A DNA stretch of 59,411 bases, the filler included, from Squatina squatina (Eukaryota), in the NCBI GenBank assembly GCA_031763465.1. It is 3 parts of 3 records of this genome, joined end to end, with 100 filler letters (N's around TTAATTAATTAA, not from the genome) between each part and the next. Parts side by side here need not be neighbours in the genome. Positions count along the whole stretch, not along the records: positions 1 to 29,288 come from JARFOE010000001.1; 2 more parts are not named here. One strand, written 5' to 3'. The position numbers and the translations under genes were made by a program. Under the pieces are notes generated by a model. It made no database searches and was not told the origin of the DNA. It saw only the letters and a list, made by a program, of their open reading frames with translations. Numbering within the stretch: the stretch's first letter is position 1; each line of letters opens with the position of its first letter. Positions 1-13,600 of this stretch are shown in pieces.

Positions 1-1394
1 GAACATGAATGAAGGTAGCCCATAATAAGGCCTGCGATGGATTGGGCTACATCTCAGAAATTATAGACTGCTGGAGGAAGGAAAGTGGCTGAACTTTACA
101 ACTGCAGAGCACATTCATCAAGTATTTAAGTTCTGGAAATTATTTTAGGTTTGGGCTGAAGATGATTCGGGGTGATTATTAAGGCTTGCATGACTACATT
201 GATTCTACCATTTGGAGCAATACTAGCTGGAGGGTGAATGAATGAATACAGTATTAATAAAGTCTTGCATTATCACTTTTCATTTACTCTGTATTGATTA
301 CCTGTCAAGGACAAACTCTGTATTCTGAATTGAAATTGGTGTTGGGTAGCCATCTGATTTATAGGTTTTCGAAGAGGAATGCAACTATCTTGAAATGCGA
401 TTAGATAGCAAGCCCTAAGTTTCTTCACACCTGTGAGCTGATGAATTTATTACATTAATTGTGAATAGCAAATATTTATAGAAACAGTGAGACTCCCTAT
501 GGTNNNNNNNNNNNNNNNNNNNNNNNNNNNNNNNNNNNNNNNNNNNNNNNNNNNNNNNNNNNNNNNNNNNNNNNNNNNNNNNNNNNNNNNNNNNNNNNNN
601 NNNGGAGCATTGCCCGCCTGGCAGGGCACCAAGCCTGTCAATTAGGCTGACTTCCGGGCAGGGAACCTGTTTAAACAAAACCACACACCTTGTGGAGTTA
701 AAACTGCAAAGTTTTCAGGGAAACCTGGGTTTGCCAACCAAAAATCCTTCACACCCCCACCCTACCTGCCCCTGCTCAGAAATTCCACCCCAGTAAATAT
801 CAGGGCCTTAGTGTCAAAACAGGGGAAAAAACAAAGAATAAAAATCACCCAGGAAAAATTGTAATTTTATGGTATGCAACTTGCAGCTTAACAGCATATG
901 ATCTAATATTCAATATAAAACAAGTTTCAGAATGATATAAAATTAGGATGACATCAGGTTGCTCATTTAACATGAACAGACTATTAAATAACAGTAGAGC
1001 GGCTGTTATTGCCTTACGGCCAAGAAACCCTCCCAATTAAGTCATTCCTGGCATCCAGTGCTCTTTATATGTTGGGCATTTAATTGGAGTAAAACTCATA
1101 AAGGTATCCTGCTATGTACAACTAACAGAAGACTCCTAATGGCTGTTATCTCAGTATGTTTCACTTGGCTGATGGTTATTATCACAGCAGATGGTGAAGG
1201 ATTTTGACACTTGCCCCAGTGGTGCTCGCTGCTGGAACATTAGAATGCAGTTTCACTAGTCCTAGTAAAACCTGCCTATGTCTTAAGAAATGCATAATAT
1301 AGCCTCTACTTTTATCGCAGTGCATGGAAATTAACTTCAGCAGCAACGCTCCCCGCCCCATTCACTAGCTGTGTTCTGCTTATCAAAACATATT

Positions 1395-1577
1395 GGGGTA
1401 CATGTTCATCTTCAGTGCATGGACAGTAATCTGGCGGAGCAGATCGCTTGTTATAGAACCCTCCTGATTTTAATTCTATAGATTTCCACTGAATGAAAAC
1501 TGGTAGTTTCTACAAAGGGCAGGCAATTTGCTCTGCCATATTATCACCCGGGCAATTAAGATGAACGTTTATCCCAA
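1395..1577. mobile_element. Short palindromic MITE-like element
   Basis: Ends are imperfect inverted repeats (ggggtacatgttcatctt ... aagatgaacgtttatccc) with inner arms ctggcggagcagat / atttgctctgcca. A related copy with ctggcggagcagat lies at about 48228-48393. Confidence 0.5.
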
Positions 1578-1689
1578 CATCTCCGNNNNNNNNNNNNNNN
1601 NNNNNNNNNNNNNNNNNNNNNNNNNNNNNNNNNNNNNNNNNNNNNNNNNNNNNNNNNNNNNNNNNNNNNNNNNNNNNNNNNNNNNACTT

Positions 1690-1761
1690 GCTGGGACTGT
1701 CTGGAGTCAGATTTGAACCCTGCACCTTCTGACTCAGTCAGGAATGCTACCACTGAGCCAA
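1690..1761 (-). mobile_element. tRNA-derived SINE head fragment (probably the same DeuSINE family as 48670-49042)
   Basis: Reverse strand reads tggctcagtggtagcattcctgactgagtcagaaggtgcagggttcaaatc, i.e. A-box (TGGCTCAGTGG) and B-box (GGTTCAAATC) without a complete cloverleaf. Confidence 0.6.
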
Positions 1762-2199
1762 AACCCAACCCATTGTAAATAGGGTGAAATCAGCCTTCCT
1801 ACTCAGGCCAGGAAGTGTAATTCAACATGCTGGAAATTCAACTGATTGATTTTGCACTATTTCACGTTATTTACTTAGCAGATATTTAACTTTTAAGAGA
1901 ATACACAGGCTGTGAGGATATTCTTTAAAAGCTGGCTTCTCATTTAATCACTCCGACAAATCAACATTTCTTAAGTACAAGCAGTTTAAGAGTCTGTTTC
2001 ACAGTACATAGGGTCAGTCCATCGACAATCTTCCAAAATCATGTGTACTATTAAAATGCTACATATTCTAAAACAAAAGAGGACTGAGTTACAGAATGTC
2101 ATTATTGTGTATTTCGGTTTCATGCATTCTCATGTTGTTTTCAACGTTCAGCTATAAACATTCAGCTAAAAACCTATCATGGGGAAAAGTGTAATCACG

Positions 2200-2530
2200 G
2201 GGAGAGAAGCACTCCTGCTCCTCCTGGCAGTGGTAGGAAGGCACTTTAGCTGCTGGATTTGGCCTTGCCTTTCTCACCACCATTCAGCTGTAGGATTTCC
2301 CGAGCCCTGGGAAACCTAGGCCACAGCCATTATATCTCAACGGCTGCTAAAATCTGATAAATGCAGTCTCATTAAAATATTCAAATCACTGACCTGCCTC
2401 TTGGCAGCAGGTCAGTTGCCCAACCTGCCTCTGTTAAAATCAGAAGTGGATGAGTTCGAGTCAGGTTTCAGATTTTTTAATTTTAACACCTAACCCTCTC
2501 TGGCCTGTCATGGGGAGGTTAAAATTCCCC
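2200..2530. mobile_element. GC-rich non-autonomous DNA element (MITE-like), related to 34565-34890
   Basis: gcactcctgctcctcctggc..gctggatttggc..cccgagccctgggaaacc matches, in reverse complement, sequence at 34785-34890. It ends in gttaaaattcccc, like 21316-21330 and 34565-34575. Confidence 0.5.
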
Positions 2531-3529
2531 TCAGCAATTTCAAACAAACATGTTAAGTGTTTGTTTGCTAGCATTCCATGACATAATTTAAGGCCACAGA
2601 GTATTAAACAGCGGAAAATATCATGCTTACAAGCGATTTTGAAAAAAACCCGCTGTCATTGGTTGTAATGCGATAAGCATTGATGTCTACAGCTGTTTTG
2701 TCTACAACGTGTATTACCCAACTCTTTCACTTTAACGACAGCTGTCCAACAAAGAAACATAATTAGGATTTCAAATTGCTGCTTAATCAGGTTTATATTT
2801 TCCAGCAGGAAAATCCAGCTGTGTGCTATCTTGCTTTCAAAATTTCTATGTAATTATGGTGTTTCAACTGGGAATCACAGGACAGAAGAGTGGAAGGGAG
2901 AATAAAAGCATATTTTCAACTTGCAGCTCCAGTGTTTACAATTCAGACTCCCTGAAATTCTCCAAACTCCTTGTTCCCTTGTGTTGGTGATTATTCTGTA
3001 GCGGACGGTGATCAATTCATAGTCCAGAAATGTGATCATTAACCAGTAAAAACAGACTATTTAATTATCATATAACAGGCTGCATATGATGTATCTCAGA
3101 GTCTTAAATGTAACACTCGGAAGAAATTGAAAAGTGTGCCATCAGTGGGAGATTATGAATGTTCTTTGACTTGTGTCAAACTCTTGTGGCTAATGTTGAT
3201 GAAAATGTGCAGAGAATTTCAGAGGATTCCATGGATATTTTTGGGTTGAATGCATGGAGGTATTTATTGATAAACATTTTCCCATACCGCACACCCCAAA
3301 GTGCATTTTTCTTCTCCAATAAAATAGATACAGTGTCAATGGGCTCATGAGCTATGGCGACTAAATAGGTCAAATGTCATTTTTATTTGAGATTCTGGAN
3401 NNNNNNNNNNNNNNNNNNNNNNNNNNNNNNNNNNNNNNNNNNNNNNNNNNNNNNNNNNNNNNNNNNNNNNNNNNNNNNNNNNNNNNNNNNNNNNNNNNNA
3501 TGTATCCCGCAACCAACATTACTAAATAA

Positions 3530-3672
3530 GACAATCTGCTCATTATCACATTGCTATTTGTGGGATCTTGCTGTGTACAAATTGGTCACCTCGTTTCCTA
3601 CATTGCTACAGTGATTACACTTCAAAGAAAAAATACTTCATTGGCTGTAAAGCTTTAGGAAGTCCTAAGGTT
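3530..3672 (+). mobile_element. SINE 3' fragment (DeuSINE/SacSINE1-like)
   Basis: attatcacattgctatttgtgggatcttgctgtgtacaaattgg...tttcctacattg...tacttcattggctgtaaagc resembles the reverse complement of 48720-48835. Confidence 0.65.
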
Positions 3673-5197
3673 ACCAACTGTGCCCTTCCTTAAAATCCTC
3701 CCCTATGTATCCAATTAAAGTTTTGTGTTGATCTACTCTTCACCCTGTGTCTTTTGCTATGCTGTGATATTTTCCTTCCTATTTCAACTGAGAATTGGTT
3801 ACTTTCCAGTGAAATCAGATGTCTAGCTGTTGATGAGCTGCTGGAATCATCTGTCCCTTGTCACCCTCTTTTATTCTGTGCGTCGTGTCTTAACTTGCAT
3901 ATCAATGTAGCATGTGGTTTGAGCTGGACCATTTCACACATATACGTCCATATGCATTATTTATCACCACCTTCATTTTTTTTATAAGCTCACTTTAAAA
4001 AAAAGATGTTCGCTCCATGTGTTTTAGCAGTTTAATAATACTGTCATGGCTTATGGAATATTTTAGCACTCAGTGTACATAGAATTATTGTTTCATCATG
4101 GTATCCTAGAAATGATTGTTGCCGGTGTTAGCAGATGAACGCTTCACATGTTCATCACATTCCATTGTCCACCATTTTAGCAGAAGTGATAACCTACTTA
4201 AAATAATGTCTGCATTAAAATAGCAGATAAAAATGTTATACAAACATGCAAACCATTCATCTGATAATATCACCAGTGGTATTAAGGCAATAATTTATTT
4301 TCTAGGTTAATAAATATCTGGAAAAATGTTGTACAATATATTATTATAAATGTAATGGTATATATTCCAGATTTTTTCCCATTCTGCAGAACAAGTGTTG
4401 CCTTTTATATGAGTATTTTTCAATTTCACACATTTATCATGAGAAATCCACTTGTCTCTTTTAGCTCTATTTAAAAACTGTTGATTCTCCACTCACCCCA
4501 CATACTAACCATGTTTACCCCAGAATGGAAACTACAGTTGAATTGGTTTGTAATCATCAGAAATAATGGTCACTTAACGACACAGTTATTGACATTTAAT
4601 TTGTCATTGCTCGTGGATGTGTAAATGTTTGCTATTATCTGCAAAACCAAGTAATTTACTTTTTGATGGCAATGTTTTATTGACTGCTCTGGTTCTTTGT
4701 AGCTCAGTTTTTGTGCTATCTGATTAGACCACAAGAGACATATTAATGAGTGTATGGCCCTGAGAGCGATACACATTGCTATCTACTGTTGTGAAGATCT
4801 GGTGGTAATTCTGCTTCTTCTCTAACAATTGTCAGTGTGCATTAAGTGAAACAGTAAATGATAAAGTGGAGCATATGATGGCAAGCATTAAACTACCAGT
4901 CCCTTATCTATTACTTACATGGCACAGATTTATTATGGACTAAGTATTACTAGGTCTATGTGAGGATAAACCAGCGTTGTGATCTGCTGGTAGATGTTGC
5001 AGTTCCCTTCCATCCTCTTGCAAATATAGTTTAATTCAGTCTCAGGACAGATAGGAACAGGAAATATATAAAAGCTTTTTATTAAAGAATAGAAGTAAGT
5101 TGAAAATGTGCTTTAACTGTAGATTCCAGCACACGAGAGTCCATCATCTTCACCAAATGACGAACGTTGTGCTATGACAAACACATACTGGATAAAA

Positions 5198-5712
5198 CAA
5201 AAGGGGAATGTTGGAAATATTCAGCAGGTCAGGCAGCATCTGTGGCGAGAGAAACAGTTAGGACAGCCAATTCGTGCTCAAACCTCTAGCGTGAAATCGG
5301 TGCGAAACTGGCGTTAGGCCACTTTTAGCGCTAAAACGCTGGCGCAAAATTTGGGTGCCGTTTGTGCCGGCGCTAAACGGGCGCAAAGCCCATAACGCTC
5401 GAGGCGCTGGCGTTAGTCTNNNNNNNNNNNNNNNNNNNNNNNNNNNNNNNNNNNNNNNNNNNNNNNNNNNNNNNNNNNNNNNNNNNNNNNNNNNNNNNNN
5501 NNNNNNNNNNNNNNNNNNNATGACCTTTCGCCAGAACTCTGACGTCATAGACCTGAAACGGCACAGAACGTCCTCCTTCTGTTATATAAGCTTCCATGAT
5601 TCTATGAAACGTTAACTCTGTTTCTCTATCCACAGATGCTGCCTGGCCTACTGAGTATTTCCAGCATCTGCTGTTTTTTATTTCAGATTTCCAGCATCCT
5701 CAGTGTTTTGTG
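5198..5712. mobile_element. Penelope-like element terminal-repeat remnant in inverted arrangement, interrupted by a GC-rich insertion and a gap
   Basis: Left arm (ggaaatattcagcaggtcaggcagcatctgtggcgagagaaacag, 5212-5257) is the reverse complement of the right arm (ctgtttctctatccacagatgctgcctggcctactgagtatttcc, 5618-5662). The same unit recurs at 10580-10672 and 24495-24612. Family assignment is from recollection of such repeats. Confidence 0.55.
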
Positions 5713-6479
5713 TCTTAGTATATATGGTACAGTATACATAGTATGAATGTAATTGATATCAACATCCTGTAACCACTGAATAATTGTAATAAAATCATCA
5801 CAAAACCAGCATCACAACAAGAGAATTGAGGCATAACAAGAAAAAAAAATAGTCGGGGAGTTTGTTTGCCAAAAATATCTTTCAGGCAGTAGCTTAATGT
5901 TGTACAGTGACAAATTGACTGTTAACTGGTTTATCGACCAGTTTCCTTAATGACTAATTCTTTGAATTACACAAGGCAATAGCGTGGAGTGGGTAATTAA
6001 GATTACCAAATTTATCAACAGTTCCTGACAAGTTCTGAAAACTAGTGAGCACATTTTTCTTTAAAAATGGCTGATTGTATTGATAAGTGCTTGAAACGAA
6101 TTGNNNNNNNNNNATATCAGCCTGCAGTTTCTTGATATGAGCTCCCAATGGGCGAGGGTCCATGCCTAGAGTGCTCATTCATAAAATTAATCTAATACAC
6201 CGGACATCAACAAATTTCTAAATCCGTTGCTATGTTAGAATTGTTGACAAAGCTTTTGGTAACACAGAAGTCGTTGACCACACGTCAATGGACCAGAATA
6301 TTGAAATTTCATATTATCAACTGGATCTCAATTTCAAAAAACATATGTGAATATNNNNNNNNNNNNNNNNNNNNNNNNNNNNNNNNNNNNNNNNNNNNNN
6401 NNNNNNNNNNNNNNNNNNNNNNNNNNNNNNNNNNNNNNNNNNNNNNNNNNNNNNCACGCTTGTGACATCAGTGTGATTT

Positions 6480-7041
6480 GTTTGTATCTCAATGCTCTGA
6501 TGTCAGACGCAGCAGGCTGAAATCACATGCGTGTTTGGCCTCCCTTAGAGGGGAGAGCCAACGGCCATCCTGACAGTGTCCCACAGTCCGCCACTGGGCC
6601 ACCAGAGACACCGGCGACCAGGCCATTCGTTGGCCTGCCACGCGAAGGGATGGTGTCCCAGTCCAACCGTGGGCCACCATCAGTCGGCCAACCACAGATT
6701 CGGCCGATAAATAAAGATGACAGCTGCCGGCGCTGAGACCCTCCCCTTTAAGAGGCTTGTTGCAGAGACAGGTCTTGCTGTCGCTACAACAGACCAGTGC
6801 TGCGGTCGCGTCCCGTGGGTGAATTCTGCCCGCGCGACGCAAACAGGCCGCAAAGGGGGTGGCGGTTGCGCGGTTAAGGTTGGAATGCATTTTAATGACG
6901 TCGCGCGCTGACCTGCTGTGGAATTCCCCGGACAAGGCACCTCGGGGGAATTCCCCAGGAAGTGCCACTTTGTGCATTTTTGCCCTGTTAGCGCCCCTCG
7001 GAGGCACGAATAGGACGAAAGCATAGCTGAATTGTACCCCC
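6480..7041. mobile_element. GC/CpG-rich non-autonomous element (Harbinger-like MITE), copy 1
   Basis: Colinear similarity with 47600-48134 (ggatggt..ccatca.tcggcc..aataaagatg..cctttaagagg..gttgcag; gttagcgcccctcggaggc; terminal gaatt....ccc). Confidence 0.6.
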
Positions 7042-10000
7042 AAACAATTTCATTGGATCTACTATAACCATGAGAATTTAGCTGATAACGCAGATGGGCT
7101 GACCCAGTGCATAGTGAATGTGATCAGGCAGTTCCACTCCACTGTCAAGCCTCAAGGAAGGCAGAGCACAATAACCTGTCAAACTTCTGCTTGATATTCT
7201 GAGGGGTTTGTGACAGAATCATCTGCTTATGCTTCCTCTGATCCATCTAATTTTCTGCCTCCTGGTCAGTAGCACTGAAGATAGCCTTCACTGTAGGTTA
7301 ATCCTGGCACACAGAGCTCATCCATCAGTGTGACTGTAGGAACTGAGGCCTTGGCAAGAATGGCTAGATTTTTCAATGGCAGAGCAGATTAAGCAGGTTC
7401 ACTCAAGTCACTCTTCAAAAGCTGAAGATTTTTAAAAGGTGAGGCCAAAGGCTCTAAAGTTTACATAGACAAAGACGACCAGTGTAAATCGGGTAATTTT
7501 TGAGAGTTAGCTTAATGGACAGTTTTTGTGGCTTTAATTTCACGCCTGGCCATTTTCATGCCATTTTGCAATAAATGTGNNNNNNNNNNNNNNNNNNNNN
7601 NNNNNNNNNNNNNNNNNNNNNNNNNNNNNNNNNNNNNNNNNNNNNNNNNNNNNNNNNNNNNNNNNNNNNNNNNNNNNNNGGATCTCTAGTGGGAGATCAT
7701 CAGAACCTCCTGGTGAAATTGGATGAAGAGCTAAAAACGGTCATTTGCACCATTTCTCTGAGGGTTCCACCAATCTCCCACTGAAGTTACGGCCTGAGAT
7801 CAGGAGAGATTTGTGGGATTTCAGCCCCATCAAGATCTCTGAGTTCCAGTAATTCAGTTCTTTCTGTGTTCATTTACTGAAAGAATATGATATTATTTTC
7901 GACAGCAATACATAGCATTATTGTTCTAAAAATGAAATAATGGTCTGTCCGTATTTGAAATCACATCTGAGATCAAGACATAAAAAAGACAGCCTTATTA
8001 CAGTTGCTAGGATTGTTCAGTGAACAGAGAGAATAGCTTTATCAGCTTGTTGTGCATAGGGCTGTGGGTGGGTTTAATTCCTCCCGTGGATTGTACTTAC
8101 TTTGATAGTAATAATTCCCAAAAAAGCAAGCTTGAATGACAATGAATATCTATTACATTATAATAATAAAAATCTAGCTTGCCACCAAAAAATATGCAGA
8201 GAGAATAATATATATCTGCATTTATTTATGCAGCAACAGTCCCGGAGGAGAAATTAGACAAGCCAATGAATGTTAAGTGTCGGGAAGATGTGTTTCTGTC
8301 CATGATTCAGTATTGTGCACAAAGCAGTCAATCAGTGGTTACTGCATATCCATATTATTTATATCTTAGAAAAGGTGGGCGTAGAATTGACAACTGCCAT
8401 CAATAATGAAACAATGAGATTTCCCTCTGGGCATTAGCGATTTTGGAGTATTACCATCAGAAATAATACATTTCTTTGCTCTGAAATTTGTCAGTAATTA
8501 TGCCAGTGGCATATTTACCACCAATTCACACTTTCTACTATGTGCTATACATAGCGGTAGCTCAAGCCACCAATGTAATTATGAAACAATTGACATGCAA
8601 ATGAGAGTACATAACTGCAAAAAAAAGGATAATCCTTGAATATTTTCTGCACTGATCAAAACACATTTTGGACTGAAGTTATAAATATTTCTAAGTGAGA
8701 TGTAGGTGCTATTTATTGGCTACCGCAATGAACCATACATCTTATAATTGCAAAAAATAAAATGGCAGGCAATTCTACAATTAAACTCCAGTGTTATCCC
8801 TGTGCAAATTTGGGGGTCCCTAAGCACTGCTCTTTCCAGTCTGTGCCTAAACACTCTGGGGGAGAAATTTGCGAGGCTTCCGCCACATGTTAGTGCCAGG
8901 TGCTAAAATGCCATTGACAGCTGTAACGACAGCTGACGCCGGTTCCAGCGCCATATGCCATATCGATGGTGCCAGCAGCATTGTTGATAAACTCGATCAC
9001 CATGGGCCTCACCATGATGGAGATCATGATGTCAATGAGTGTGCAACACTCATTGGATGACCGATCTCCAACTTTGGATTTAACCACTTACCTTAACAGC
9101 AGCACAGAACAATGACAGGGAGAGCTGGCATCTGAAAGCAGGAAGCAGGCTNNNNNNNNNNNNNNNNNNNNNNNNNNNNNNNNNNNNNNNNNNNNNNNNN
9201 NNNNNNNNNNNNNNNNNNNNNNNNNNNNNNNNNNNNNNNNNNNNNNNNNNNGATTCCTTAAGCATCAAAATGTTTCAGAAGAGTGATTCTTAATGTAATT
9301 TTCAACAGCAATGCGTGACAATCCAATTACTATAAGCAAACTTGTGACGTTAACAGAAAGTCACATCAGGCGGAGTGCAAAACGGGCAGACGATCCAATC
9401 CCAGCATTTGCCCGCTGGGAAGATTTGTTTAAAATTACCCTCTTTATTTTATTTTCTAATCAGCCACAAATAAATCTCAATAACAGGTGTTCCTGCTGTT
9501 CACAGGTGCAGCTGTTCACTGTATATGTTGTCTCAAAATGTAAATAAATGCCATACTTGCCTGAAACAGGAGCTTTGATAATTCAGTCCCTATTTCAAAT
9601 TTTTTTGGATAAAACAAGTAAACTCTCAAATCCCTACAAGATGAAGAGCACATGTACATTTACTCTTAAACTCCTTGTGATACACACATTGCATTCTAGA
9701 AAATTATTCGACGTGCAAAGGCTCAGAATGCTCAGCTGTTGTTGAAGATTTGCGCAACTTTTCTGAAATACAAATCTCCAGTTGAAGCCCAGCTTTTTTA
9801 GATGGGCCAAGGCTGTGAAGTAATAACTTTAAAAAAGGGATTAAAAGACACAAAAGGCAATAGAATTGCTCATTTTAATTATGTTAATTACATTATTTCA
9901 ATTTTACTGATGCCATTGTAAAAATAGAAATTAAAGGAACTGAAACATTATTATTAACATTTCAATTTTAACAGGTGGAAAGGATAAAGAAAAAGAGAAC

Positions 10001-10542
10001 ATGAATTTCCAACACACTCTTGTAATTAATTTTCTCAAATGAATGTCAGTGAAAAGGGATAAATTGGTTGAATTATTTGACGATGTTGCTATTTTTAATT
10101 CAGAAGTAAGCTTGACTTGTGCTTTAATATCTGTGCGTTTAGTGTTGCTGTTTTATTTTAAAATTCACATAACTAAGCATTCATGCCCACAAGGCCTTCA
10201 AATGATCGATGGAACCTGAAAGTATTTGTGTAGTGTCATAGCTTTTTGGTTGATGTAACTGGGTTAATAACAAAGTGTAAAAATTTCTCTGTCACTGTGT
10301 GTAGAGTAACATGTATTTGTGAAGATTTCAGGGTAAGAACTTGTCTGAGCCTGACTAACGTGAGTCCGAACCAAGAGGCCTAAGGTTCGATAGAAAATTG
10401 GTCCTCGGGCTTAATCCGCATANNNNNNNNNNNNNNNNNNNNNNNNNNNNNNNNNNNNNNNNNNNNNNNNNNNNNNNNNNNNNNNNNNNNNNNNNNNNNN
10501 NNNNNNNNNNNNNNNNNNNNNNCTCCCCCCTTTCCCTGCCGC

Positions 10543-10672
10543 TGCACTTGCTTAAAAACCTGCTACGTTTCGAACTTTTTCCAGTTCTGACGAAGGGTCT
10601 TCGACCTGAAACGTTAGCTCTGTTTCTCTCTCCACAGATGCTGCCTGACCTGCTGAGTTTTTTCCAGCATTC
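10543..10672 (+). mobile_element. Penelope-like element pLTR remnant
   Basis: Same unit as 5611-5710 and 24495-24612 (gacctgaaacgtta.ctctgtttctctctccacagatgctgcctgacctgctgag); carries the hammerhead-like core. Confidence 0.6.
10583..10619 (+). ncRNA. Minimal type I hammerhead ribozyme-like motif
   Basis: agtt-CTGACGA-a-gggtc(ttc)gacct-GAAA-cgtt-agct: CUGANGA and GAAA core boxes flank a stem II hairpin, stem III is palindromic AACGUU, and stem I is agtt/agct. Penelope-like elements are known to carry such minimal hammerheads. Confidence 0.55.
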
Positions 10673-13600
10673 TATTTAAATTTTAAAATTAATATTGTTT
10701 GTCGCATTAATGCCACTCACCAAAATGAATTCCAGAAAAGCACTCCACTCAAGTATAAATATTGCTCCAATTCGAGCACAATGTGATAAAACTAGAACTT
10801 GATTTTGTTGGAATAGCTTTTTACAAGAACACATTCTATGCAAAACTCAATTTCTCACCATTATGTGCGAAGGAAAATAGCACAGTGAGATTTTGGAAGG
10901 TCACAGCAGTTTAAAGGTTTGGTTACATAATATAATCTGTGAGGAGTGAGGATACATTTCAGTAGAAGTAAATCGTAAGATTAGAATTTTATTCTTAGTG
11001 CATTTGTAAGAATAGTTTGTTGCTGAATTTAGTGTTTTTAGAGCTGCTATGTTCTATCCCTGCATATATTGTTTTCTGCACTATGTTCCACAAATCATTT
11101 ATTGGAAAACTATTATTTGTGGGTGTATGAAAGAGGAGAAATTTGTTTTTAGAAAGCCATGCAGGTCTCTTGGTACTTGAAGGGTTAATGTTGTAAATGG
11201 CCTCGACAATAGTCTTATTAAAGCTTCAGAATGAAACTGTCCATTTAATACAAGGAGATGTTATTATGCTGGATTACTTATAATGGTGAGGAATTGAGTT
11301 TTGCATAGAGAGGTTCTGATAGGTCCACTTTGGTTGCGTCTAGCAGCAGCCTGTCACTGTAAATGAAAGTCCTGCAGTGAAGAGAATTCAAACAGCTAGC
11401 AGCATGTAAAAGTTTTCACTGGCCTGGGAGCCATTAGTTAGATGCTGCTGAGATACTGCATGCATGGTCCTGCCAGCTGTTAGCACTGGATGTGTGGTGG
11501 CTGTTTGGAGAGGAAGANNNNNNNNNNNNNNNNNNNNNNNNNNNNNNNNNNNNNNNNNNNNNNNNNNNNNNNTGAATGCTCTGATAAGCAAGAGACCTCA
11601 TAATCGGAAGGTAGGAAACCAGCAATGGTGAACTGCATTGCCTTCTAGCAATGAACTCTGTCTTGAGAAAACAAAACTCTATGTGCTTCTAATCCTTTAG
11701 ATGCTAAATGATGATTTCAAAATCACCGCTCTCTGTTTGAAAGGTCTGTTGCATTTATGTTGCTCTGTTAAATAAATTTGAAGAGTTCTTTTAAGTAGAA
11801 TCTGAATGCTGTGTGATTTTGCGAGAATAAAGTAATCATCAAACCGAGGACAAGAAAAATAAGCTACATGTATAGTTTGAGGAGATGATGTGCAAGTACT
11901 GGTTGCATGCCTGCTACACGTACTTTCAAATAGCACACAATTTTTAAATACATGTCTATATATCATACTTTTTATATCTTAGTGAATTTAGGTTATGTAC
12001 TATACATTACTATAGACAGTAAATAAATAAAGTTGCTTTCATTTCAAAATTCAATGGAACATCTGATTACCTCAGCATCGTTAAATTCTAGCCAGTTAAA
12101 ATAAATTCAGAGTCCAGTGGTCTCTGCATATGCTTGTGCTGATTTATACAGACATTCATTAGAAAAGGACTGTAGCGTAAATTACCTGTTGTAATTGAGA
12201 ACTTAATGGAAGTTCAGAAAATGTCTAAATGTCTTAAGAGAAACAATTACGATAACATGTTTGTTCAATATCAAATGACATAGGTGTGTCTTGTTGCCAG
12301 TGTTGTAATCACTAGCTCCATGGTAAAAGCATGCACCTGTACCTTTAGGATTTCATGGTTACATATTGCTGTACATAGAATGTATTTAAAATGTAATCAG
12401 CAGATGAACATGAAAAGCTGTTGCTTTATAATGTACAGGAAATTAAAATATAATCCAGTCGATATGTGATGTGGGTTAAGGTTAATATAAGACCCTGTTG
12501 CTCAAACCAGCTGCTCAGTGTGGTGTATAAAAAGATGCTTCACTTGAGCCTTGCTGTCAGTCCTTTGAGAGACTCAAAAGCAGGTGGATTAAAGGAAGGA
12601 GTTAACTGTAAATTGTTGGATCTAAAGCAATGGGGTTTAGGTAGCTGCATGGGGGCATAGCTATGAAATATATGAGCAACTAAGGTTTGTTCTTTTGTGG
12701 CAATGGAACATGCCTAAAAGCAATCTAGCATGTTCAGTGAAGATCTGTTCTTGAGCTTTAATTTAGTTTACATGAAATGCAGATAAGCAAGTGACTTCTT
12801 GGGCTGCCTACTTCATGATAGCTGTCTGGAACAAAGGGAGCTGTTTGTGATCCCAATGAGCAGATGCTTAAAGGACGATGAAAGTACTGAATATTTCTAT
12901 GGGAAAAAAAGGGTTTGTTATATGAACTTTTCTAACAAAAGATATGCTGACAGCATAATACTGTGTGCCATATTTCTGCTTTAAGTGTTGTTAAAAGGAT
13001 TTTTTTAAATGAAAATAGCTCAGGCTGGTATAACTCAAGCCAAGCTGTCTGAAATTAATGTAAGAAATTTTGATTTAGAATAAGCAGGATTTATGCAGAA
13101 ACAATCCATCAGCTCTTTAGTTTTTTAAAAAAAATATTTCTTTACATTTACTGCAGTACAGACTTCAATTGTTCAGCTTCCATTGTAGTTCAGCCTCTCT
13201 AACATATTTAATCCAGAGAAAGGTGCAGTAGATAAAATATTCATGTTATGTAGTCTGCATTTTTAAAGAATGTTCATTCTGGTTGGTACCACTGATGTGC
13301 TTTGTCTTGGCATGGCAGCAGCTATGCTGACATGCTGCACGATGCAAATTGCCTTCATTCACTTNNNNNNNNNNNNNNNNNNNNNNNNNNNNNNNNNNNN
13401 NNNNNNNNNNNNNNNNNNNNNNNNNNNNNNNNNNNNNNNNNNNNNNNNNNNNNNNNNNNNNNNNTATTGAATTACGGGAGCTGTAAGTTATCTCCAAACA
13501 CTGCGAAAACCACACAGCATTAACACTGATCATATATTTTGATATGATCAATGTACCACACCTAATGTAGAAAATTTGCTGTAGAAAACACCAACTGAGC

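Noticed and set aside
1700-1761. tRNA gene
   Set aside because: A and B boxes are present but there is no complete acceptor stem or cloverleaf; better explained as a SINE head.
3159-3259. Exon-like frame FFDLCQTLVANVDENVQRISEDSMDIFGLNAW ending at a GT
   Set aside because: No good polypyrimidine acceptor, weak donor, no recognisable homology and no partner exons.
6489-7043. 184-aa ORF or CpG-island promoter
   Set aside because: Coincides with a dispersed GC-rich repeat also present at 47600-48134; no recognisable domain.
9092-9131. 40-nt minus-strand segment with strong splice sites (ctttcag ... aag|gtaagt)
   Set aside because: Lies at the end of a GC-rich repeat-like stretch next to a gap and has no identifiable peptide; cannot be supported as a host exon.
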